From: a virus
DNA length: 16,682 nucleotides
Strand: one strand, 5' to 3'
Virus record (IMG/VR): IMGVR_UViG_3300045988_094222
Part shown: positions 4,880 to 12,052 of the stretch, one piece after another
How the letters are laid out: each line of letters begins with the position of its first letter
How positions within the stretch are numbered: position 1 is the first letter of the stretch
Notes under the pieces: generated by a model
Told to the model about the DNA's origin: nothing
What the model saw: only the letters and a program-made list of their open reading frames with translations
Database searches by the model: none
Program-made: the position numbers and the translations under genes

Positions 4880-5136
4880 CATTGCGCGTGCTTGGCGCGT
4901 GATTTCGGGGTGATTGGGTTGTCTTTCCACCATGCCCAGAGCGCGGCTCCCACGTTGAAGAGCAGCGCGACTAGCTGGTTCACGGTTTCGTCCGCAATCG
5001 GTATGGTGTCCACGCCGAACATGACAAGCGCCGCGTTGACAAGTCCCAAGAGAAGCACAATGAAGCGGGCGATTGTGGCCGCGCTGATGCCGGGCGTGCG
5101 CGGGTCGCCGCCTTCCACCTGTTCCTCGTTATCCAT
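4879..5136 (-). CDS. Holin (two-TM, phiLC3/Dp-1-like architecture)
   Basis: 85 aa. It has two hydrophobic segments (IARFIVLLLGLVNAALVMF and LVALLFNVGAALWAWW) and a charged C-terminus. It lies directly downstream of the endolysin gene, with a GAAGGAAGG ribosome-binding site. Confidence 0.75.
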   Translation of the reverse strand: MDNEEQVEGGDPRTPGISAATIARFIVLLLGLVNAALVMFGVDTIPIADETVNQLVALLFNVGAALWAWWKDNPITPKSRAKHAQ

Positions 5137-5139
5137 GGT

Positions 5140-6015
5140 TTAGCCTTCCTTCTCGGTCTTGCTGGTCGCGGTCACGTTGATTTCGAGCGCGTCCAGTTTC
5201 GCTTTCACGGCGGTTTCAACGGTTTTGGCGATATCGGCGGGGTTGCTGCCGAGCGCCTTGGAGAGCGCTTCAATCGCCGCCGCCTGAGCGGTGATTGTCG
5301 CGGTCATCTCACGCACGCGCTTGTCGATGTAGCACACGCGCGTGTAGATGTCGCCTCTGCTGCCGTCCTTGGTGCCGCCGTCGTCCGTGCGGGTGAGGAT
5401 TCGGTAGAGCGCGGCGGTGTCGTGATGTACCCAACTGAGCCTCACCCATGCGGGTAGGTTGTTCTTGCCGCTTGTGGCGTTCTCGCCAAGTCCGTAGTTC
5501 CAAACGTCTCCGGCGCTGGTCATGTCGTTTCCTTCCAGTATTTCGTTTGCCTTGTTGATTACGTAGATGTAGTTCAGCCCGTTCGGCGCGAGGTCGGGGC
5601 ATGTGGTGTGGTCTGAGCCGGGTATCTCACGGTGTAGAAACACGTTCACACCGTGTACGAGTTTCGGCCAGCCGTATCGGCGGGCGATGTCCGCGCACAG
5701 TCGCGCCGAAGCGTCGTGGCAAGCCTGAGTACAGGGTATGAAGTCCATTCCGCCCTGATGCTCGATGCTGATGGTCTGGCAGTTGCTGGCATGGTTGCTG
5801 TCGGTCCATGGCGCGTCAGATTCGGCTACGTACTGGTGTATTTCGCCGTTGGGGCCGATACCGTACGTGCTTGATGCCTGTCGGTTCGGGTTCTGAAACA
5901 GGCTGTCCGTGCCGGTCAGGTATCCGGCCATGATGTGCAAGGTGATGCGCGTCACCTTGTAGCCCAAGCGGCCGTTGTAGTGGTTCGGGCTTCCTATCCA
6001 CTTGATGCCATCCAT
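5140..6015 (-). CDS. Endolysin, N-acetylmuramoyl-L-alanine amidase (Amidase_2/PGRP type) with a C-terminal domain
   Basis: ITLHIMAG..., SIEHQGG, and HREIPGSDHTTCPD (a His...Cys zinc-ligand pattern as in T7-lysozyme-type amidases). AAAGGA ribosome-binding site. Confidence 0.85.
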   Translation of the reverse strand: MDGIKWIGSPNHYNGRLGYKVTRITLHIMAGYLTGTDSLFQNPNRQASSTYGIGPNGEIHQYVAESDAPWTDSNHASNCQTISIEHQGGMDFIPCTQACHDASARLCADIARRYGWPKLVHGVNVFLHREIPGSDHTTCPDLAPNGLNYIYVINKANEILEGNDMTSAGDVWNYGLGENATSGKNNLPAWVRLSWVHHDTAALYRILTRTDDGGTKDGSRGDIYTRVCYIDKRVREMTATITAQAAAIEALSKALGSNPADIAKTVETAVKAKLDALEINVTATSKTEKEG

Positions 6016-6024
6016 GTTTTCCTT

Positions 6025-6264
6025 TCAATTGTCGTGTTTGAACAAATCTTCTGGCGGGCTGGGTGGTGGCGGGCCTAGCCCTTTGTAGATGTGGTCAACC
6101 AACGCGCGGTTCCATTGCCATAGGCGTTGGTTGTCGGCTTGCATTTCCTGAGCCAGCTGGTAGGCTTCCAGCCGGTTTTTTGCGGCGGCGAACATGTTGG
6201 TCGTCATGGCTCCGACGATTGTTCCGGCCACGCCGACAATCGCCACTATGATTGCTTCGCTCAT
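6025..6264 (-). CDS. Single-pass membrane protein with coiled-coil and Pro-rich tail (second holin/antiholin-like lysis accessory)
   Basis: The start is placed at the ATG 6264, which overlaps the upstream TGA (ATGA). MSEAIIVAIVGVAGTIVGAMTTNMFAAA is the TM segment, followed by QLAQEMQADNQRLWQW and GPPPPSPPE. The track extension to 6390 is His/Arg-rich junk that overlaps the tail gene. Confidence 0.65.
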   Translation of the reverse strand: MSEAIIVAIVGVAGTIVGAMTTNMFAAAKNRLEAYQLAQEMQADNQRLWQWNRALVDHIYKGLGPPPPSPPEDLFKHDN

Positions 6265-6836
6265 ACAAGGCTCATTTTCCTTGTTCCGTACACTTGGGTG
6301 ATGGTGATGAAGTCGCCCATGGATGCGTTGTTGCTTCCGGCCGCGTTGACCTCGCCGGTCTGGTAAACGGTCGATGTGCTGCGCTTCCATGTGTTGATTG
6401 TCTTTCCGTCAATCAGATAGCAGCGGTTTTTCACGTAGAAGTAAGCGTTTCCGTTGTAGAAGCTCGTGGTGAGCGACACAATCTTCTTGTTCGGGTTGGC
6501 TACGTCCATGGACGCATAAACGTTGTCGTTGCTTTTGAAGCAGATGGTGAGTTTCTCGAAGTTCGCCGCCGACTCGTTCAGGGAGATTGCGCCTTGGAAG
6601 ACGTTGTTGTCGTTGTCGTACAAGGTCACGTAGTTCGATTTGATGTTGGACAACAGGGTTTCGAGCGATGCCACGCGCGCGGTGAGCGCGTTCTGGTCTC
6701 CGCCGCCGTAATCGAATTTCGCCAGTACTCTTTCGATGCCTTCGGCCTGTTGCTGAAGAATAGCGGGGAGATTCCTTATCGGCTCGTTGTCCTCGGGGTA
6801 CGGGAAACGGTATTTTTCCGTGGTTCCTACTGTCAT
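6261..6836 (-). CDS. Distal tail protein / candidate receptor-binding (tail fibre) protein
   Basis: It is the last tail gene before the lysis genes. Its ATGA overlaps the upstream gene. The N-terminus, TEKYRFPYPEDNEPI, resembles the conserved N-termini of actinophage minor tail proteins (from memory). The gene is visibly more AT-rich than its neighbours. Confidence 0.6.
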   Translation of the reverse strand: MTVGTTEKYRFPYPEDNEPIRNLPAILQQQAEGIERVLAKFDYGGGDQNALTARVASLETLLSNIKSNYVTLYDNDNNVFQGAISLNESAANFEKLTICFKSNDNVYASMDVANPNKKIVSLTTSFYNGNAYFYVKNRCYLIDGKTINTWKRSTSTVYQTGEVNAAGSNNASMGDFITITQVYGTRKMSLV

Positions 6837-8245
6837 GGTTCCTCACCTATTTTCGATACGTAGCGCAAAGCGCCAAGTTTCCAATTGCAGTCAGCGAATG
6901 TGGCCGTGCTGGTCATGGCCTTCATCTGGGCGCATGTCGGCGTGCCCGTTTTGGTGTTGACGGCGGGGAAAAGCCGCGCCTTATGCGTCCAGTGGCTTTT
7001 GCGGTTGGTCACGTCGTATGTGAGCGTGCCGCCGATTTTCGCCCACGGCCCGTATGCGGCCGGTGCCGAACGCTCGAATTTCGAGCCGATGAACACCATG
7101 ACCGTTGGGCGGCAGTACATGAAAAGCTGGTTGAGCCTGTCGCCCCTGAACGTGACTTCGGGGAGCCGCAAACGCCGGTTGCTTTCCCTGATGGTGTTCA
7201 TGGCAAGCGTGAAGTCGATTTTTCCGGGGTCGCTGTCCGCCTGATTGTCGTACTGAGTCCAATTGGCCTCGATGCTCAGGCATGTGTCACCCTCACGCGC
7301 CGACTGTTCGACCTGAACGGAACGGCTGCCGTCCTGATTGAACTCGACCGTCTTGTAGCCGCTGCCGTTGCCTCGGTGCGAATATTTGAACTCAAGTTGC
7401 GTGTAGTATTCGTCTGCTGCGCTCAACGACGGTTCGGGGTCGATAATCACGTCTCCAGCGTCCGCATAACGACTGTCAACGCCTATGTCTGTGTTGTCGT
7501 CGCCTGTGCGGATACGCGGGCCGGTCAGCACGGTGTCAATCGTCCATCGAAGATACAGCGCCTCGAAAGACGGTATTTTCTTCGGGTCGGCGCTTTGATA
7601 CGAGATGTAGGCTGTGCGGTCAATCTCGAACTGGTATTTGCTGTTGACCTGTCGTGTCCGGCAGCTTTGCGCCCAGTCGATGAAGCTCTTGCGTTGTTCC
7701 GCGCTGAATGGCGTGGGGAAAATACTCCACGGCCACCAGTAGTTTTGCACGCCGTCGTAGTACAGCCACTTCCGCACCGTTTCTGATGTCTGCCCTTGCA
7801 TCCACCATTGCCAGCCGCGCGCCATGTTCGCGGTGGTGTTCGTGTTCGGCCCTTGTCGGCAATCGGTCTTCAAGATATAGATTCTGTCCGATGCTGTCAC
7901 GCTCAACCGGTTTCGTCCGCCGTCATGGTCGAGAATCTGCACGTCGGTAACGTAGCCGTCGAACAGGCAGAAGTTCACCGGTGTGGCTGTGTTCCCCCAG
8001 TCGGGTGAGATGGTGAGCCTGTGGCCCATGAGCAAGTCGCCCGACTTACTGAAACGGTCTGCTTGGTCGATAAGCGTGATTTTCAGCACGTTCGGCGTGA
8101 TATCGTCCCACGGGTTCGACACGCCCCAAGTGATAGTGAAGGGGCTTAACGCCACGAGGTCGGCGCTGCCGTCCGATTGCAAAGGCAAGGGCGATAGGTC
8201 AAGATACACATGGCATGTTTCGGGCAAGGGGTTCGCGCTGCTCAT
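6833..8245 (-). CDS. Minor tail protein (distal tail/baseplate-hub-like)
   Basis: 470 aa, directly after the tape measure gene. The ATG at 8245 overlaps the tape measure stop (ATGA), so the track start at 8278 is rejected. Confidence 0.65.
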   Translation of the reverse strand: MSSANPLPETCHVYLDLSPLPLQSDGSADLVALSPFTITWGVSNPWDDITPNVLKITLIDQADRFSKSGDLLMGHRLTISPDWGNTATPVNFCLFDGYVTDVQILDHDGGRNRLSVTASDRIYILKTDCRQGPNTNTTANMARGWQWWMQGQTSETVRKWLYYDGVQNYWWPWSIFPTPFSAEQRKSFIDWAQSCRTRQVNSKYQFEIDRTAYISYQSADPKKIPSFEALYLRWTIDTVLTGPRIRTGDDNTDIGVDSRYADAGDVIIDPEPSLSAADEYYTQLEFKYSHRGNGSGYKTVEFNQDGSRSVQVEQSAREGDTCLSIEANWTQYDNQADSDPGKIDFTLAMNTIRESNRRLRLPEVTFRGDRLNQLFMYCRPTVMVFIGSKFERSAPAAYGPWAKIGGTLTYDVTNRKSHWTHKARLFPAVNTKTGTPTCAQMKAMTSTATFADCNWKLGALRYVSKIGEEP

Positions 8246-9942
8246 AACGCCAGCTCCTTGCCGCGCACGCGCGCCCAACGGTCGAGACTGTTGACGATTT
8301 CACCGGCCACCTTGTCGTTGTCAAGGTTGCCGTGAGCGTCCACGCTGATATTCACGTTCACCGTCGCGGGGCGCGCGGTGTCGGCCCGGTTGGCGGGAGC
8401 CACCAGAGCGCGCGTGAGATTGACGGTAGGCGCGGCGTACGTGGTCGGCTCCAATGGCGTGATTGCGCGGCTCATGGCATACTGGCGTACCGGCAGCGCG
8501 TAGGCGGCGGCTTGCGTGCTGTAGCTCTGGGCGCTCAAACCGCTTGCCTCACTCTTGGCACCGGTAATCTTGCCCCACAAGTCCGAAACCCACTTGAACG
8601 CGCCCTTGATTGCCCCAACGATGCTGTCGAACACGCCCAGCACCTTGTCTTTCAATCCGGTGAAGAAGCCGATAATACGGTTGATGGCGTCTTGGGCGGG
8701 GCCGGGCAGTGCGTTGAACATCTGCTGACCGGCCTGTTTCATGCCGTCGAAATTCAACGTGAACATGCTCAGCAGCAGCTTGAAATAGCCGCCCAGAAAG
8801 TCGGCCACCGGCTGGAACGCCTGACCTATCGCGTTCCAAGTGTCGATGCCCCACTGCTTCAGGCTGGCACCGATACCGGCAAGCCACCCCATGAAGGCGT
8901 TCCACTTGTCCGCTATCCACTGCGCCGCCGCCGCTCCAGCGGCCTTCACGCTGTCCCAGTTCATCACCAGCAGCGCGATTACCGCGACAACCGCCAGAAT
9001 CACGGCAATGACCGGCAGAAAAGCGAGATTCACCGAGCCTTGCGCGATTGCCACGACGGTAGCCACGGCGCTGTACGCGGTCATGGCCGCGTTCAACGTG
9101 ATGATAACCGCCGCAACCGCCGCTATGACACCGATAAGCGGCACCAGCCACGAGGTGTTCTGCTGCACCCAAGTGGCGAACTCGGCAAGTTTCGCCGCCA
9201 CCTGTGTGAGAATCGGCAACAATGCCTCGCCAAGAGTGGCCTTGGTGTTCTCGAACGCCGCCGCCATGCGCTGCTGCTGGCCCTGTAGGGTGTCGGACTC
9301 ACGCGCGAAGTTGCCCGTGGCCTTGCCGCTCTGCGCGGTGATTGCGGCCAGCGTGGCTTGCATCTTGGCGTTACGGTCGCCCGACTTGTACAGGTCACCC
9401 AAGCCCATCGAAGCCGCTTGGGCCTTCAACGTAGCATCGTTAAGAGAGATGCCGTATTTCTCGATTGGGTCCATTTCGCCCTTGAGCGCGGCGCTGAGCG
9501 CGTCCACAGCGTCGGCGGTGGTGCCGCCGAACATGGAAGACAAGTCGGCGCCAAGGGTGATAAGCTCGTTGGTCTTGTCGGCCGATTCGTCCACGCTCAT
9601 GCCGAAGTTCTGAAGCTGGGAGCCAACCAGCGTGGCGAACTCGTTGTACTCGTTCTTGCTGAGGCCCACGGCCTGTGCCGCGTTGTCGCTCCACTGCTTC
9701 ATCTTTCCGGCGCTGGATCCGAACACGGTTTCGACGCCGCCCACCGACTGCTGAAGGTCGGCGGCAGCGTCAACGCACACCTTCGCGCCCGCGCCGATGG
9801 CGGCGAGCGAGGCACCCGCCGCAACCGAAGCCTTGTTCAATCCTTCCTTGAAGGTCATAGACGCGGCCTTGGCCTTGTCCATGGCGGCCACGGCGCTTGT
9901 CGCGTCACCGATGATTCGGATGGCCAACACGGCTGATTTCAT
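8242..9942 (-). CDS. Tail tape measure protein (566 aa)
   Basis: It lies after the frameshifted chaperones. It is Ala/Gly-rich and helical, with a central hydrophobic block (LVPLIGVIAAVAAVIITL...IAVILAVVAVIALLV). The motif LKGEMDPIEKYGISLNDATLKA is typical of tape measure core regions. Confidence 0.85.
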   Translation of the reverse strand: MKSAVLAIRIIGDATSAVAAMDKAKAASMTFKEGLNKASVAAGASLAAIGAGAKVCVDAAADLQQSVGGVETVFGSSAGKMKQWSDNAAQAVGLSKNEYNEFATLVGSQLQNFGMSVDESADKTNELITLGADLSSMFGGTTADAVDALSAALKGEMDPIEKYGISLNDATLKAQAASMGLGDLYKSGDRNAKMQATLAAITAQSGKATGNFARESDTLQGQQQRMAAAFENTKATLGEALLPILTQVAAKLAEFATWVQQNTSWLVPLIGVIAAVAAVIITLNAAMTAYSAVATVVAIAQGSVNLAFLPVIAVILAVVAVIALLVMNWDSVKAAGAAAAQWIADKWNAFMGWLAGIGASLKQWGIDTWNAIGQAFQPVADFLGGYFKLLLSMFTLNFDGMKQAGQQMFNALPGPAQDAINRIIGFFTGLKDKVLGVFDSIVGAIKGAFKWVSDLWGKITGAKSEASGLSAQSYSTQAAAYALPVRQYAMSRAITPLEPTTYAAPTVNLTRALVAPANRADTARPATVNVNISVDAHGNLDNDKVAGEIVNSLDRWARVRGKELAL

Positions 9943-9955
9943 GTCTCACCTCACC

Positions 9956-10488
9956 TCACCTCGTTCTGCGTCGAATGTCTTCGGTTTCCTCGGCCTCTTG
10001 CCGCAAGAGGCTTACACAGGTGCCCCAGTCGGCCTCTTGCGGCTGTGATTCACGCCGCCATGCCCACGGCGTGCCGCCGAAACGCGCGGCCAGTACACAG
10101 CTCAGTTCACCGAAGCCGCCGCTGTCCCACCGGTCGCACCGGTCGAAAAACCCGGCGCGTCCGCCATGTCGCCGGAAGAGACCGGCACGGGGCCGTTCAT
10201 GGTTTCGGCCTGTTCCTCGGTGTCGGTCGGGTCGTTGTTCATGTCCACGACGGAAACCACGGTGTCGGCCCACTGCTCGAACGGAACAGAGGTGGCGCCG
10301 ATTTGGCGGCAGCGCACGTAGGCGGCGTAGGCGTTGAGCTTCACCACCGCGTCCAACGCGCTGCCCCAGCCCTTCGCCTTCGCGTGGGTTTCCGCTTGGC
10401 AGCGTTGCCACATGGTCACACAAACCTCGTCCGTGTGGCCGTCCAAGTAGGTGATACGGGTGTTCGGGGTCTTGGTCTCGTTGTTCAT
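9956..10488 (-). CDS. Tail assembly chaperone, -1 frameshift product (GT-like)
   Basis: ORF 9956..10423 is in the -1 frame relative to 10102..10488. Slipping at G_GGT_TTT gives ...APGFFDRCDRW..., and the product ends 14 nt before the tape measure start. Confidence 0.7.
10102..10488 (-). CDS. Tail assembly chaperone (G-like, zero-frame product)
   Basis: 128-aa acidic protein immediately upstream of the tape measure gene. It contains the slippery site near its 3' end. Confidence 0.75.
   Translation of the reverse strand: MNNETKTPNTRITYLDGHTDEVCVTMWQRCQAETHAKAKGWGSALDAVVKLNAYAAYVRCRQIGATSVPFEQWADTVVSVVDMNNDPTDTEEQAETMNGPVPVSSGDMADAPGFSTGATGGTAAASVN
10147..10153 (-). promoter_or_regulatory. Programmed -1 ribosomal frameshift slippery heptamer G_GGU_UUU
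   Basis: The minus strand reads CCG GGT TTT TCG in the zero frame (P G F S). This is the X_XXY_YYZ pattern, and the -1 frame stays open to 9956. Confidence 0.7.
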
Positions 10489-10492
10489 TTCG

Positions 10493-10897
10493 TTAATCTC
10501 CTGTCGTGATTCGGTTGATGATTTTCTGCACCGCGTCCGCGTAGAGTTGCGTCCACTGTGGTTCGGTGTTCTTAGCCGCCTTGTTGGCGAACATGGTTGC
10601 TTTGATGTTGTGCTTGGGCCAGCCGTAATTGATTACGCCCGCGTACTTCACCTTGCCGTTGTTGCCGGCGCGCACCACACCGGCCTTCTGTGTGGCACCC
10701 GCGCGTATCGATTTCGCGAGACGGCCCGAGCGTTGCGGGGCCAGTGCCTTGGCGGCTGGTGCCACGATTTGCGCGGCCTGTTCGTTGATGTCGCGCAAGT
10801 CCTTCAGGTCGGCACCGGCCTGTCTCAGGCCCTTGGCGAGCTGTGCCGCGCCCTTGAGCTGCAACTGGCTGTTGCCGCCAGAGGCTATGTCCGCCAT
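10493..10897 (-). CDS. HK97 gp10-family neck/head-tail joining protein
   Basis: SGRLAKSIRAG...VVRAGNNGKVKYAGVINYGWPKHNIKATMF matches the gp10-family pattern as I remember it (tG.L..SI.....v.vG....YA..vefG....i.a.pF). Confidence 0.6.
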   Translation of the reverse strand: MADIASGGNSQLQLKGAAQLAKGLRQAGADLKDLRDINEQAAQIVAPAAKALAPQRSGRLAKSIRAGATQKAGVVRAGNNGKVKYAGVINYGWPKHNIKATMFANKAAKNTEPQWTQLYADAVQKIINRITTGD

Positions 10898-10899
10898 GA

Positions 10900-11322
10900 T
10901 TAGGAGTGGGACGAAGGCGTGTAGTCTACGGCTTTAACGTCGATGGCGACGAACGAAAAATCATTGCTGTTCTTCGTCTTCACGTCGCCGCCGAACTGGA
11001 TGGACGCGATTACCACGTTGCCGGTGAGCTTCACGCTGCCCTCAAGGTTCGGCACCCACTCGAACGGCAGCGTCTTACCGCTGTTCTTCAGGCACCAGAC
11101 CTGTAGGCCGTTCATGGAGAAGTCCTCTTTGATTGAACCGGTCAGCGCCCAAGTCTCGGTCTGCGAACCGCCCTCGGTGTGGCCGTCCAGAAAATTGTCG
11201 TTGTCCTCGGTATCGGTCGAGGGTTCCAACGCGGTGTTGATGACGTCCGCGCTGAAGTCCTGTTCGCTGCCCGACGCGCCGATTTTCAGACTGCCGGGGC
11301 CAAGCGTGCGTGTCTTTGCCAT
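10900..11322 (-). CDS. Major tail (tube) protein candidate
   Basis: 140 aa. The motifs GPGSLKIGASGSEQDFSADV...LTGSIKEDF...LPFEWVPN...GNVVIASIQFGGDV resemble small actinophage/TP901-like tube proteins. AAAGGAA ribosome-binding site. Confidence 0.55.
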   Translation of the reverse strand: MAKTRTLGPGSLKIGASGSEQDFSADVINTALEPSTDTEDNDNFLDGHTEGGSQTETWALTGSIKEDFSMNGLQVWCLKNSGKTLPFEWVPNLEGSVKLTGNVVIASIQFGGDVKTKNSNDFSFVAIDVKAVDYTPSSHS

Positions 11323-11335
11323 GATTGTGTTCCTT

Positions 11336-11707
11336 TCAGTTGATTTCGAGTGGGTTCAGGGTGATTTCGTAGGCCGCTAGGTTGCCGACACCCGCGAGAC
11401 TGTAGGTGACGGGTTTAGCGGCCTTCATGTTCAGGTGGCGCTCATGCAAGCGCTCCAAGACGGGGATAATCAGGTCTAGGCTTTCGATCTGCGTGGCCGT
11501 GGTGCCCGCGATAAGGTTCACCGTCCACTCGGTGTTGACGAACTGCCAGCCTTCGTAGGTGATGTTCGGCGGGTCGATAAGCACCGCGACTTTGCCCGGC
11601 AGCGGGCGGGCTTCCTGAGCGTCGATGGTTACAACGGCCACGAGGTCGCCAATCATGTCGGTGAGCATGTCCATAAGCGCCTCACGTTCGCTGATAATCC
11701 GGCTCAT
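11336..11707 (-). CDS. Neck protein (tail terminator / head-closure-like)
   Basis: 123 aa. The ATG at 11707 overlaps the upstream TGA (ATGA). It lies between the adaptor and the tube gene. No firm motif was found. The track start at 11758 is rejected. Confidence 0.45.
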   Translation of the reverse strand: MSRIISEREALMDMLTDMIGDLVAVVTIDAQEARPLPGKVAVLIDPPNITYEGWQFVNTEWTVNLIAGTTATQIESLDLIIPVLERLHERHLNMKAAKPVTYSLAGVGNLAAYEITLNPLEIN

Positions 11708-12036
11708 GCAATCACCAGCCCGCCCGTGGGTACGCCAGCCGCGTTGAGCTTGGGCCACACGCTGCGCAACGGGTCGCTTGACACCCTGTAGGGTTCAAGC
11801 GAGCCGTCGCCAACGTCCATGACACCCAAGCGCGCGTCACGGCTGTTGTACAGGTCGGCGGCGCAACTCACGATGCAGTCGGCGCGAACTGCGGCGGAAA
11901 CGTTCGCGCCGCCTATCGCGCTGTCAACGTACTCGATTGCCGCCGTCACCTTGTCCACCAGCCGGTCATTGTCACCGGCTGGCACGTTGACTTCGGCGCG
12001 CAAGAGGCTTACGAGTTTCGCGGTATCGTCTACCAT
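11704..12036 (-). CDS. Head-tail adaptor (gp6-like connector)
   Basis: 110 aa, directly after the capsid gene. The LVSLLRAEVNVPAGDNDRLVDKVTAAIEYVDSAIG pattern is typical of gp6-like adaptors. Confidence 0.65.
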   Translation of the reverse strand: MVDDTAKLVSLLRAEVNVPAGDNDRLVDKVTAAIEYVDSAIGGANVSAAVRADCIVSCAADLYNSRDARLGVMDVGDGSLEPYRVSSDPLRSVWPKLNAAGVPTGGLVIA

Positions 12037-12052
12037 AATCAGTTACTCACGC

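Noticed and set aside
9956-10423. 155-aa ORF as an independent gene
   Set aside because: Its N-terminal two-thirds overlap the chaperone gene and are Arg/Gly-rich. Only the part downstream of the G_GGT_TTT site is likely to be translated, as the -1 frameshift extension.
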